A DNA stretch of 64,000 nt, from contig ML996700.1 in NCBI GenBank assembly GCA_010356995.1, positions 496,001 through 560,000 on the forward strand. The letters are read 5' to 3'. This document shows positions 35,304-46,926 of the stretch, in pieces. A program made the translations under genes and the position numbers. This DNA comes from Trichodelitschia bisporula (Eukaryota). Within the stretch, counting starts at the first letter, position 1. The number at the start of each line of letters is the position of its first letter. The notes below the pieces were generated by a model, which had not been told where the DNA came from, searched no databases, and saw only the letters and a program-made list of their open reading frames with translations.

Positions 35304-37809
35304 CTAATTCTCATATTCAATATTCAAATCATGCAACCTCCGCACCTGCTGCGCCGCCAGCGTAAGACCCTCCAGCGCCTCCGGAACCTCATCACCATGC
35401 CTAAATCACCCATTAGCCTTTCCCCAACCCACCCCAACCCCACATAAGCACTTACTTCAAAAACATAAACTTCAGATTCCGCGCCTTGTCCTTAAGCGCA
35501 ATCTGATCCCGCCCCGCAAGCAGCCCCTTGCCCCTACTATCCGCGCTCTTGATCTCCGCCCACCGCGTCCCGTGGTCATGCATGTACTCGAGCAGCGCCT
35601 CCGTCTCGTCCGTGCTCCACGCCCGGCGCGGACCGCTGGGCACGCGCGATGGCACGCGCGGCGCTTGCGCTTGCAGCTCGAGAAGGCGGCGGCGCGGCGA
35701 GCGCGCTGACGCGGTGGGGACTTCGTCTTCGGACGACGACTCGGCGTCCGCGGTCTCGGTGCGGGGCCGCTTGCGGCGGCGCTCGTTCTCAGCCGCGAGG
35801 CGCTGGCGCGCTTGCTCAGCTGCATCTTCGTTAGTCTCGAACTCGGCGTCGCTGTCGCCCTCTGATTCCGAGTCTTCGGAGTGCGAGCCCGAGGCATGGG
35901 ACGCGGGGGATTCGGATTCAGCCGTAGTGCGGCGGGGGCGGCGCTTGCGCTTGCGCTGCGAAGGCTGGGGGGGTGTTTTCTGGGTGTCGTCCCAGGAGAC
36001 GGTTTTAGCGCCTGGTTGCGAGTCGACGAAGCGCCCGCTTGTGCGGAGCAGGTTCTCCTTCTCGCGGCGCTCTTTCTTGCGCATGGCGCCGACGAGCCAG
36101 TTGTAAGAGCCGGTTGGGGCGGAGGGTTGCGAGCCGATGGGCGCGTCGGCAGTTGCTTCTCGCTCATCGGGGGCCTGTTCGCCTATGTCGGGCAGGGGCT
36201 GGTCGTCGGGGCGTGCATCCTGACGGGGGCGGGGTGCGGTCTCTTCCGCGGAGTCTTCCAGTTGCTCGGCTGTTTCCTGGCGAATGTGCTCTTGCAAAAC
36301 CATGTCGTCATCGACATCTGGCAGAGGCTGGGGGCCATTGCGGCCGACTTGCTCATCTTCGCTCTCTTCCTCTGATTCCGCTTCTGATTCCTCCTCGGCC
36401 TCCTCTGCCCCTGCGCGAAAGTGAAAGTAGTCGGGGTCCGTAATACTGCGCACCGCATCGATGATGCTACCATGCATATGCAGCTGGACACAGATTTCCT
36501 CGCTGCGCTGGTAGGTCCATTCGATCACAGTCGTAGCAAAGTTGTTCCAGGCGAGATGGGCAAACTGTTCCGGAGGCTCGGCAAAAAGGTCCTCCCGCAT
36601 CTCCGCGAAATATTCGCGAAGCTCGTCGATCCGCTTGAGAACGAGTCTCTTAAACTCGGGAAGAAGGCCCTGGGGTCCGGCTTCAAACGCGGTCACATCC
36701 CAACCCCTCAGGTTCAGGTCTCCGTCTCCATCGGTGGATTCGGCGTAAAAGCAGTCTTGTATGGCTTTTTCTGCCAGGCGAGGCCTCGGGTTTATGGATT
36801 CCGCCAAGTGGCGAAGGATGCAGAGCTGGGTACGAATATGCAGCGCAACGTCAAAGGAATCGCGGCGGAGATGACTAGCGCCTACTGGCAGTGGACCTGT
36901 CTCAGGCGCAGGCTGAAAGCCATTCAGGAATGGAGCGGGAAACTCATTATCAAGGGAGCGAATTTGATCATAGGTTTCCGGTGCCTCACGCTCCGACAAG
37001 GCCAGCCACCGGCTGAGGCGCGCGAGGTTAGCGAGGAAGATGGGCTCAAGGTAGAGCTTCTCCGCTGTGAGTAAGTTGGCGGGCATTTGTCGCTGCGCCG
37101 CTTTGTCGACTGTGGACACCTTGACAAAGAGTTCCGAGCTAAGATGCTTGAAATGCTCGTCGAACACGAAAGAGCGCGTATTCAGCAACTTTGCGCGTTT
37201 GGTTCCCGGCTGCTTGAACTGTTTGATGGTCTCCTTGAGGGTTCCTTCATGTTCGGGGTGCGTGAGAAGTTCAAGAAGGCTGATGGAGGCATGGTAGAGA
37301 TCCCGCAGATCGGCAAGGATGAATTCCACATCCAGTTCGCTGGTGAGGCCTTCTGAGAAAGTCGATATGGCCGAATCATCCGAGTTGATAGACGCAACGT
37401 CGGGGGATGAGTGATTCGGTGCCTCGATCGAGCGAACTGGAGAGCTGGGATTTTCTGCTTCCTCTTCCTCCTCTTCCATTTCCTCTTCCATTTCCACGTC
37501 TTCCTCGACTTCGACGTCTTCTACTTCGTTAACGGCCTCGGGAACGGCAGAGAGAGCGGCTACAAAACGCGGGGTTAGCAGCTGTCAAGTATCGTGAGCT
37601 CGGAAAAGCTTACCGGCTTGCTGAGCGCGCGTCGTGGTCCGCGTGGTGAGCTCAGCACTAGCAGTACGAGTGTGGCGGCGCGTGTAGCGGGTCGTGGTTG
37701 CCGTCTCAGTAGGCTCGGTGGTTCTCTCTGTGGTCGGCGATCGGGCAGTTCGTGACGCGGATCGGGTAACGCGCGCGCGGGGCGGCGGCTGTGAAGACAC
37801 TCGCGCCAT
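35304..37809 (-). CDS. Taz1/TRF-like telomere-repeat-binding Myb-domain protein, ~798 aa (exons 37614-37809, 35456-37559, 35304-35400)
   Basis: C-terminal Myb/telobox RRAWSTDETEALLEYMHDHGTRWAEIK...RDQIALKDKARNLK; central helical domain; two canonical introns (54 and 55 nt) give a continuous frame. Confidence 0.82.
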
Positions 37810-38596
37810 GATGCGCGGGTAGAATGGTGTGATGGGGTCAAACTGGGTTGCGTAGGTGTGTACAGCCGGTCCTTGAGAATTGCAGAGCGAAAGATGTATG
37901 TGGGTGGGAGGAAGAAGGAGAAGAAGTGTTACGATGAGAGGTCTCGGTCTGGGTTTGACGGGACGGAGCTCGACGACGCGCGGGCAATGGCTTGGCGGAA
38001 GGCAGGTCAAACAAAGCTGTTCACGTGACTGGGATTGGCATTTGACGGAAAGTTGTTGCAGGCAGTGGGAAACTCTACTGTAGGCTTTCGTAGTTGCCAT
38101 TGATGAAGCGTTTTATGCTTTGATGCTCCATGCTATGATACTTTCTAAGACGACCTTATGGGCTCCGTAGATATTTAATCCATCAGAAGCATTGCGCGAC
38201 CACCGGATGTAGAAGTTTGCGCTTGTTATGCGCTTTCCTATTGGCCGACACGCTCCCAGGTGATGTTTCCCGACACAGCCGTGCCTCAGAACAATGCTCT
38301 CTGAGCTTAACCGCGATGGCTTCTCACCTTCTCTCAGCACAAAGAGAAGTTACAGAGGCAGCGCGCATGCACATGTAGTCCAAAGGCAAATTACCAGCTT
38401 ATCCCACCTTCATAACCTTCCGCAATCCGCTCTTATGCCATCCCAGCCTCCCATCTACTATATCCCGTGACCGCATAGCGCACAGACCACCAGCCTGACA
38501 ACCAAAGCTCCAGAGCCTCTTCCATCTTCCATCAACCTCCAACTTCCGCAAACGCAACCACCACGCCCTACCCCAACTCCCTCCACCACCGCAACC

Positions 38597-39584
38597 ATGA
38601 CCTCGCGCTCGCTCTCCCCCTCGGACAGCGGCCGCGACCGTTCCCGCACCCCCCGCCGCTCCATAACCCCCCGCTCGGCCTCGCGCTCTCGCTCTCCTAT
38701 GCCTTCCCGGCACACACGCACGCGCTCGCGCTCGCCCACCCCCCGCCGCACCAGCGTGCGCAGTCGCTCGCGCTCTCACACTCGGTCGCGCAGCGTTTCG
38801 CGCAGTCGTGATCGCGGCAGGAGCCGCACGCGCAGTTACAGCCGCAGCCGGAGCGCTAGCCCGCGGAGCACGAAGGTAGGCGCGCCAAACACCAAACTCT
38901 CCCCCCGCTAAACGATGACACAGATCGTGGTCGAGAAGCTGACGAAGAACGTCAATGTCGGGCATCTGGAGGAGATATTCGGCGTGTATGGGGCGATTGT
39001 GGATGTTGACTTGCCGATGAACCGCCAGTGTAAGTCCGCTCATCCACCCCATCTCCGTCGCTTAACTCCCAACAGTCAATACCAACCGCGGTACGGCCTA
39101 CATAACCTACACCACCACCCGCGCCGCCGAAGCCGCCCTGGCGCACATGCACGAAGGCCAACTCGACGGCTGCGCAATCAGCGTCTCCATCGTCCTGCCG
39201 CGGCGCCGCTTCTCGCCCTCTCCTCCCCCGCGTCGCCCAGCCTACCCGCGCTACCGCTCACCGCCGCGCCGTCCTTACGCGCCGCACGGCCGCGCGCCTC
39301 CCGGTCCCCCGGCCCGTGGGTATCGGCGTAGCTACTCGCGTAGCCCCCCGCCGCGCCGTAGTCGCAGCCCGCCGCCACCGCGTCGCACACGCAGTCGCAG
39401 CAGGAGCTACGCGCGCAATGCGAGTCGGAGCCCCGGACGCGCGAGGGGGCATGGGAGGCGCGAGAGTCCGGCCCGGCCGAGGGGGGGTGCGGGTGGGCGC
39501 GGTAGGCGGAGTCCGAGTTATGAGAGCTATTCGAGTTATAGTGATCGGAGTCGGAGTCGGGGACCGCGTGGTGGGAGGCGCTAG
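38597..39584 (+). CDS. RNPS1-like SR/RRM RNA-binding protein; introns 38876-38923 and 39030-39075
   Basis: RS-rich termini flank the RRM IVVEKLTKNVNVGHLEEIFGVYG...NRGTAYI...MHEGQLDG. Confidence 0.88.
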
Positions 39585-40147
39585 GGTGGATGGATGGGTT
39601 GAGGGTTACCGGGGACATCCATCGTTAGACGTGGACTTGTTGAGGGATTGCGAGACACATTCATCTTTAGAGATGGACGGCGATTGGCGGTGAAAACATG
39701 GAGCGGTTGGATGTGTGAGTAGTGGCAAGGGTTTGAGGTGTTCGGAGTCAAAAGTAATGCCCGGCTTTCAGTGTGCGTCATGGCACCTTGAGATTTAATG
39801 GTAGAAAATCAGCAGTTGCGAATCAGACTTCCAATCCTACGACAACGGGATACAAAATCACCAAAAAGCATGTCCAGAGCATATCTGCCACCATACAGAT
39901 ACCTTGATATCTTTACTGCGAAGTACTCTGAGATGCATCGCACCAAGTCGTAACATAAAGTCGAGTTCCGCGCGCCATCTCCAAGCTCCTCACAGACCTC
40001 CCCCGCCCAGCCAATCAAACAGCTCCGCCCCGCCGCACCTAGCGTTTCATCCCCCAACGTGCAAGCTGTCTACAACGTCCCATCCCATCACCAACAACCA
40101 CATCTTCATCCCAACCTCATGCCCTCTCCCCAACCCCAATCCGCACA

Positions 40148-41868
40148 ATGAAAACCCCACACCTCGCCGCCCTCCTCCTTGCCACGCCCATTCTCTCCAC
40201 CACCCCCCCGAGGCCCCGTGGTGTAGGCCCGGAGTTCGCAAAGCACTACTCTTCGCCGGATACCTTCACCTGCATCCAGGCCCCACACATCACGCTCCCG
40301 CGCTCCCGCGTCAACGACGATTACTGCGATTGTCCCGATGGGTCCGACGAGCCCGGCACCGCGGCGTGCGCTTCGCTAGCTGCGTCCGATGCTGGCGCTC
40401 TCGCGCTCCCCGGGTTTTACTGCAAGAACAAGGGGCACCAACCCAGTTACATCCCGTTCACGTATGTGAATGACGGGGTGTGCGATAATGAGGCGTGCTG
40501 CGATGGGTCGGATGAGGATGCGACGAGATCGGGTGTGGTTTGTGAGGATCGGTGTAAGGCGGCGGGGAAGGCGTGGCGGGCGCAGGCGGAGGCGCGGGCG
40601 AAGGCGCTGAATGCGGCGCAGAAGAGGAGGAAGGAGTTAGTTGCCCAGGCCTGGCGGTTGAGGCAGGAGGTCGAGGATCGGATTCAGACGCTTACGACGC
40701 AGATTCAGGGCGCGGAGATGCATGTCCGCGATTTGGAGGGGGAGCTGGAGGCTACGGAACGGAGGGAGAGGGCGAGGGTTGTGGCGAAGCCGAAGGAGGG
40801 GGGGAAGATGGGGGTGCTGGTTGGGTTGGCGAGGAGGAGGACGGAGGAGTTGAGGAGTGCGCTTGAGGGGCTGCGCGGGCAGAGGGATGAGGCGGCGCGG
40901 AGGGTGCACGAGCTTGAGGCGCTGCTGGCGAGGTTTAAGGAGGAGTATAATCCGAACTTCAATGATGAGGGGGTCAAGCGCGCGGTGCGTGCGTGGGAGG
41001 ATTACGACGCGCAGGGGCGCTATCAAGAGCCCGAGGGCGCGACGGAGCGGGACTTGGATGAGGTGTCCAAGGCGGACGAGGAGAGCGGGCTGAAGTGGGC
41101 GGAGTGGGAGCGTGAGGAGGTGTCTGATACGGATGTCTGTAAGTCAAGTCACATTTGGGTTTATGCATTTTTACGATCACGGCTAACGTTCCCGCAGTGT
41201 ATCACTTCGAAGCCTACCTCCCGCGCCCCGTGCGCGACTGGCTCGACACAAAACTGCGCGACCTGCGCCTCTGGGCCATGGACAACGGGATCCTAGCCGC
41301 GGACTCGGGGTCCAGCGGCTCGGGCTCGGAAAGCAAGGCCGTTACGGAGGCGCGCACACGCCTTGACACTGCGCGCGGCGAACTCAATACGCATACAACC
41401 AGCCTCGCCCAGCACCGCGAGGACTTGACTAAGGACTACGGGCCTCAAGACGTGTTCCGCGCGCTCAAGGACACGTGCATCAGCGCCGATTCCGGCGAGT
41501 ACGAGTACGAGGTCTGCTGGATGGGGCAGACTATTCAGAAGCCCAAGAAGGGCGGAGCACACACGGGCTTGGGCAGCTTTACGGGCTTTGAGCGCGTGGC
41601 TGTGGATGAGGAGGTCAGGTCTGATGGAAGGGGCTTGGGGAGCGGCGAGCGCCTGGCGATGAAGTTTGAGAACGGCGCGCATTGCTGGAATGGGCCGGCT
41701 AGGAGTGCGTTGGTGGTACTGGCGTGTGCGGAGAGGGATGAGATTTGGCGGGTTGTGGAGGCGGAGAAGTGCGTTTATAGGTTTGAGATGGGGACGCCGG
41801 CGGTTTGTGAGGAGAAGGGGATTGGAGGGGCGGATGCGATGGGGCAGAAGAAGAGGGATGAGTTGTAA
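40148..41868 (+). CDS. GTB1: Glucosidase II beta subunit (PRKCSH/Gtb1), ~553 aa; intron 41139-41197
   Basis: Signal peptide, VNDDYCDCPDGSDEPGTAAC, NDGVCD..CCDGSDE, MRH domain (ENGAHCWNGPARS) and C-terminal RDEL. Confidence 0.95.
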
Positions 41869-42140
41869 GGCGGGTGTAGTTAGATGGAGTGTTTGTATAG
41901 TTGCTTTAGCGGGCATGAGGCGGGTGTGTAGGTCTATGGAAGTACGAAGTACGAAGTACGCAAGTTGCATCACCACTGCCGGCATCCCCTTCTCGTCCTC
42001 ACCACCTCAACTCCAACTCCGAACCCCCATCCCTCAGACCTCAATCCCTCAACCCACGAAGCTCGCCGCCCAACCTGATACCTCCACCTCCTGCTGTGGA
42101 TGCACAAAACATCAAGGCATCAAGGCAGGTACCACTCCTG

Positions 42141-42298
42141 AGGAGTAAATCATCTCTGGAAGGAGCGCACCACTCTGGGCAAGTGTGCTTGCCAAAGATA
42201 GACACTGCCGACGCAACAACGGAAGGAGCTATGGAGGATACGATGCGCAAAGCACATATTCCAGTGCCCCTCTCTCCTCTCTCCTGTTCGTCATCTTT
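42141..42298 (+). repeat. Dispersed AGGAGCA double-box element, copy E
   Basis: AGGAGTA (42141), AGGAGCG (42161; +20); shares CTCTGGAAGGA..ACCA.TCT.GGG..GTGCTTGCC with copy D; GGAAGGAG..GGAGGATA; CT tract 42267-42298. CATCAT box not evident. Confidence 0.6.
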
Positions 42299-42963
42299 AG
42301 CAAAACATTCAGTTTACACGGATGCCGTTGCACGTGTAGAGCATTGCTCCCAATACCTACCCCCCTCCCCCCTCGCCAGCATCGAACCTCGGCGCCCCCA
42401 AAGAGGCAACTCCCCAGCCCAGCCCTACCGTCCGCGCCCTACGCCGATCCCGGCCTACCGCCGGCGGGGGTTATATGTGCGCGACACGGTTATACTATCC
42501 TATACTGCGGGTAATATGGGGAGGAGGATGGGTTTCGCGAGGGGGAGGGATGAGGATGGGGGATGGAAGGGGTACTATGGGAGCTGGCGGTGGGGTTGGT
42601 GCCACGTGGAGGTATATTGTGGAGGGTGGGAGGTGAGGGAGGGATGTTGGATGTTGAGGGCGTGGTTGATTAACGCATGGATAGTGGCCGGGCCACGTGA
42701 TATGGGTCGCGAGGCTGAGGCTGGTGAAGTGATGCTGGGAGGATTGGTGTTGATGTGGGGAGGCATGGTTCGGATGCAAAACAAAAGCGATTGAGCGGTG
42801 AAACTACCGCGGGGGATGGGAGGCTGGGATGGATGGAGCTGCTTGTGGGTTTACAGCGCGCATCAAACACCGACTGCGGGGTAAAAGCCTGTTTGTAAAC
42901 TCGTCAGTCATGTCATCAACGTCATCACGTCACAGACTCGCAAAACTGTAGTAAGACGACATC

Positions 42964-43110
42964 TGATGTGGACATGAGGCAGGAGCATTGTTATGTCAGC
43001 AAGGAACATGATGTATTGTGCGGATGAGGGAGGAAAGAGCATAGGAGGCTACTTAGCATCATCGCGTATTCGTTCTTGAGATCCCCTCTTCTCTTCTCTT
43101 CACTTTCCCC
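42964..43110 (+). repeat. Dispersed AGGAGCA double-box element, copy A
   Basis: TGATGT (42964), AGGAGCA (42981), AGGAACATGATGTA (43002; +21), CATCAT (43057), CTTGAGA, CT tract. Confidence 0.85.
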
Positions 43111-46100
43111 ACTCGCCTGTCGCACGCGTCAAGCCTGGCCTCCATTACCATCCTCACGTCTCGTATTCGAGGCTTCTACGTTCGTGTAAGACTGCCGCAG
43201 CGGTTTTGACGCTGTCGGCAGGCGTCAGCGCCCTCAGCGGCCCGGGCCTGCATGTCAGATCGTTTCACGTTTCCAGACGGCGGTTTCGAGGCCGATGCAC
43301 CGTCGATCTGGGGTTTCGAATCGCGGCGCTTGAGCAGGACGCATTGCGTGCTCGGGGGAAACAAACAACCGCGTCGCGGATGGCGCGAGTTCGACACGAG
43401 GCTAGGTTACCCAGGTGAATTCATCTCGCGATGGTCGCCTCCACCTGCCTCGCGTCATGAGCATCCGCATGTAACAGGCAACAACTTCCACACCCACCAG
43501 CCAACGCAGGAAAGCACCACCCTCCAATCTCCAACCCCACGCAACGCAAATTTCCGTCGCGCCTTCTGGAAGCAAGGAAGGAAATACTCATCTTTCCGCC
43601 ATCCACTCCCATCGCATCATCAAGCCGGACGCGACTCTCTAGCCTCGCACGAGTCAATTACCCTGCGATATCAACCTGTCGTGCACCAAACACAGTCGGC
43701 GAAATAACCGGCCCGCAGCGAGCTGTGTAACTTGTGCCTTCCTGCCTTCCTGCCTCAAAGCACGGCTGACGTCGTACGGGTAGCGCAGCCTGGCGTGCAA
43801 ACGGTCAGCCAAGCCCGCGCCAATCAGCGCAACGCCTCGCGGCGCCGGCGCCGCGATCCGGCTTCCGACGAGCTGGCCTGGGCGCAAATTGCACTGAGGC
43901 GCTACGCCGTAGTTGGTAGATGTGGTTCTCTGCTGTGCGTCCATCCAATCGCGGATTGTTAATTTTTGGGATATGAGAATAGCATCTCCCGCGGGCGAGA
44001 GCGCGGGCGAGTGTTCTTCTCACTCGTCCAGTGTTCCCTGCGAAAGGGAGAGCGAAGAGTTGATTCGCGGACGGCCCGGCGAGTTGTGAGCGACGCGCGC
44101 GGAAGGCCCGTGCTATTGGTGCGTAGGGCGGGCAGGGGCTTTTGGACCAGTCACGGCAGACATCAGAGGCGGCATATCAAAGGCATCAGAAGCTCTGGGA
44201 AAGCCAAAGTTTAGGGGGGAAAAGTGAGGTAAGAAAATGGGCAGTCATCAAGGATGGAGTGGCTGATGAAGGGCTGTGTGCTCGGGTGGATTGCCAAGCC
44301 GCGCTGCGATCCCAGCGCCGTCAAACAAGCGCAAGGCCGCGCGCCGCCCCTTTTTCCATCCGAGACACGCGGGCGCCGATCGCTACTGGGGAAGGGGGCT
44401 TAGGGGGGTAAGTTTAACTTTTTTTTTTATGTTTCTTATGCTGTGTTCTTATGAACGGTGCAACGGGGGATAGGAAGGCACATTAGCGATGAAGGTTTGT
44501 GTGTGCGAAATGGAGTGCGATTCAGCGATGCGCTAAATGGGTACGGTAGACGCGCTTTGTTTGTTGTGTCTGTTAGGATGGCACCCCGCGACGTGTGTCG
44601 CACGCGCATCCCAGGCGGGCGTGAGCAGCTGCCGCAGGGCGGATGTGGCGGTCTTTTTTCCGGGCTGTGGGAACGCTCCGAGCGCAGGCGTGAGATCGTC
44701 GCACGGGGAAGGCGGGTTGGTGGCACGCCGGGCTGGGGGAACTGGGAACAAAAGGAAAGAATGAAAGAAAAAGAGGAAGATCGGCTGAAGGCGACTGCAG
44801 CCTGAAAGCCGATTAGAGCTGCCCAACGAGGAGTGCATCGTCAGCCGCCGACGCTTGCACTGCTCTGCCCGACTCGGGTTGCTGTGGGTTTTGTTCGTCA
44901 CGTTAGTCAGGGGCCTCGGGACGGTGTGTCTGTCTTTTGCGCTGGCTGCACGATGAGTTAGGCTTGTTGACTTGGCATAAACTAACATAGTTGACTCAAT
45001 CAAGTATTCATGCTTAACTGATGACTGACTTATCAACTTCAAAAGTTAGACGATCGCGCTAAGTAAGCTTAGCGTTATTAAAGTCACGTAGGCAGTAATT
45101 TACAAGACGGCAAGGATTAGAGCCAATAGCAGGTGATTATCCTGCCGTATTTTTGATATTGTACGCTAAGTAAGCCAGTTATTCTGTGCCAAGACGCGCC
45201 AAGCTTTCAATGGTCAAGCATGTCAATCAAGTACGTCAAGCAAAGCAAAGTGATGCTTGACATTTGACTGATTTTAGGTGATTGCTTGGCGTCACACTTG
45301 GCGTCATGAATCAACGTCAATCAACTATTACCAACCCTACGATGAGTGCCCCGTTTGTGCCAGTGTTTCCTCGTGTGCAGGGGGTGAGGGGGAGGAACAG
45401 CAAAGTTGGCGGGCGGTTGGCGGGTTGGGCGATGGGGGCAGGGGTGTGCCTTGCGGAGAAAAAAAGCTTCGGGCGGGAGATTCTTTTGGAGCGATGGGAG
45501 GGAGGGATTGTGTGGAGCTGGAGGGGGGGTGGAAGAAGATAATAACTGGAGCGGGACAAGAGGCGAGAGATAGGTGTGATTGAAAGAAGGAGAATTGATG
45601 TTCGCGTGCGACCAGTTGTGGTGGACTTGTGAACCCTCTTTTCTTCTCTTCCTGTGCTTCTCTTGTACAACTGCTGGCTTGGGGGGGGTTTCATCAACAC
45701 CATGACCTTGGACATCCAGACAAATCGTCCATCTCTTTGCTCAAAGTTGGTGGGGTGGGCGAATGCGATGATGGGGACCTGCCTTGTACCTTGCATTAGC
45801 TCGTGAAGGCTATGGAGCATGCATTAGATGAACCAATTAACGCGACGTGTAATATTCTCTTCCACTTCCACTTCCACCCCCCCCCCCCGCCAACGAATTG
45901 CCCCAGCGAATGCCCTGAAATTACCCAGCACACAATAATCCGTAATCGACGGCACGACGGGCAAGCCTGCAGTTTGTTCGTCTCGTCTCTTCTTCCCTCG
46001 TCTCTTTCTCGAGCAGCCTCTCTCTCGTTCTGGTGTCCTGTTCTTCGGTTCATGCATTACTGCAGTGCGTCCGTTCCCTTCGTTTTTGCCCTGTGCCCTG

Positions 46101-46926
46101 CATCGCTGCAACCTGCATCGCTGCAACCTGCACTGCACTCTGCACACGACGCCGTTTAGCTGGTGCTGACAACCCCCTCAGTCGTGCCTCTCTTTCGCTC
46201 TTTCGCTCCTTCGCGCCTAGAGACAGAACCCCCCCCCCCTCCCCCTCTCCCCACGCCTAAACGGCTCTACCACCCCCCCCCCCCCCCACGCGTCGAGTCT
46301 CACCACCCAGCGGACCATCACTCACTTCCTAAACCTTAACAACCTCTCTTTCGTTAATCACTTTTGGCACGCTCCTTTTCCGTGCGAAAGCAACGCCGGC
46401 CGTCGTCAACTTCTACCTTCGTTTCCTGGCCATCAGTCGAATTCACCCGCTCACTTACGCATCTTGTCGAGTGCTCTTTTGGCTACTTTCACGACACTCA
46501 TTGCGCTGTGACTTGGGACTGTGTCTCGAGCGATTCGCCGTATTCGATATCGTCAACTTGCTGCTCTGAAGGTCCACCGATTGCTGTTCAAGCCAACAGC
46601 GTACGCTCATTTTCAGAACTTACCCGACCTGTCCGGTGGTTGTGTGTATGGAGCTTGCATTCTCCGACGATCAAAATCTACCGACAGACCACGAGACTTC
46701 CACCTCCGTCCCATTTCTTGCCTACATTCAGCGGCACGCCGTTTAATTTTCACAACAATCAGATTGTCGCGTTTGTCTCGGTAAGTTCCCGTTCCCCCAC
46801 ACCATCACATCATGCACAGGACCCTCATCCCTTAACTCCCCCACACCATTCCATACCTTCGTCTGACGTCCTCCCCTTTGACCACATGCTACGAATGAGG
46901 GAATGTCTAACATCTACGAAGCTGCC

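Noticed and set aside
1991..41868. Possible UPR/ER gene cluster (HAC1, ish1, GTB1)
   Set aside because: The genes are ~20 kb apart among unrelated genes, and no shared upstream motif was identified.
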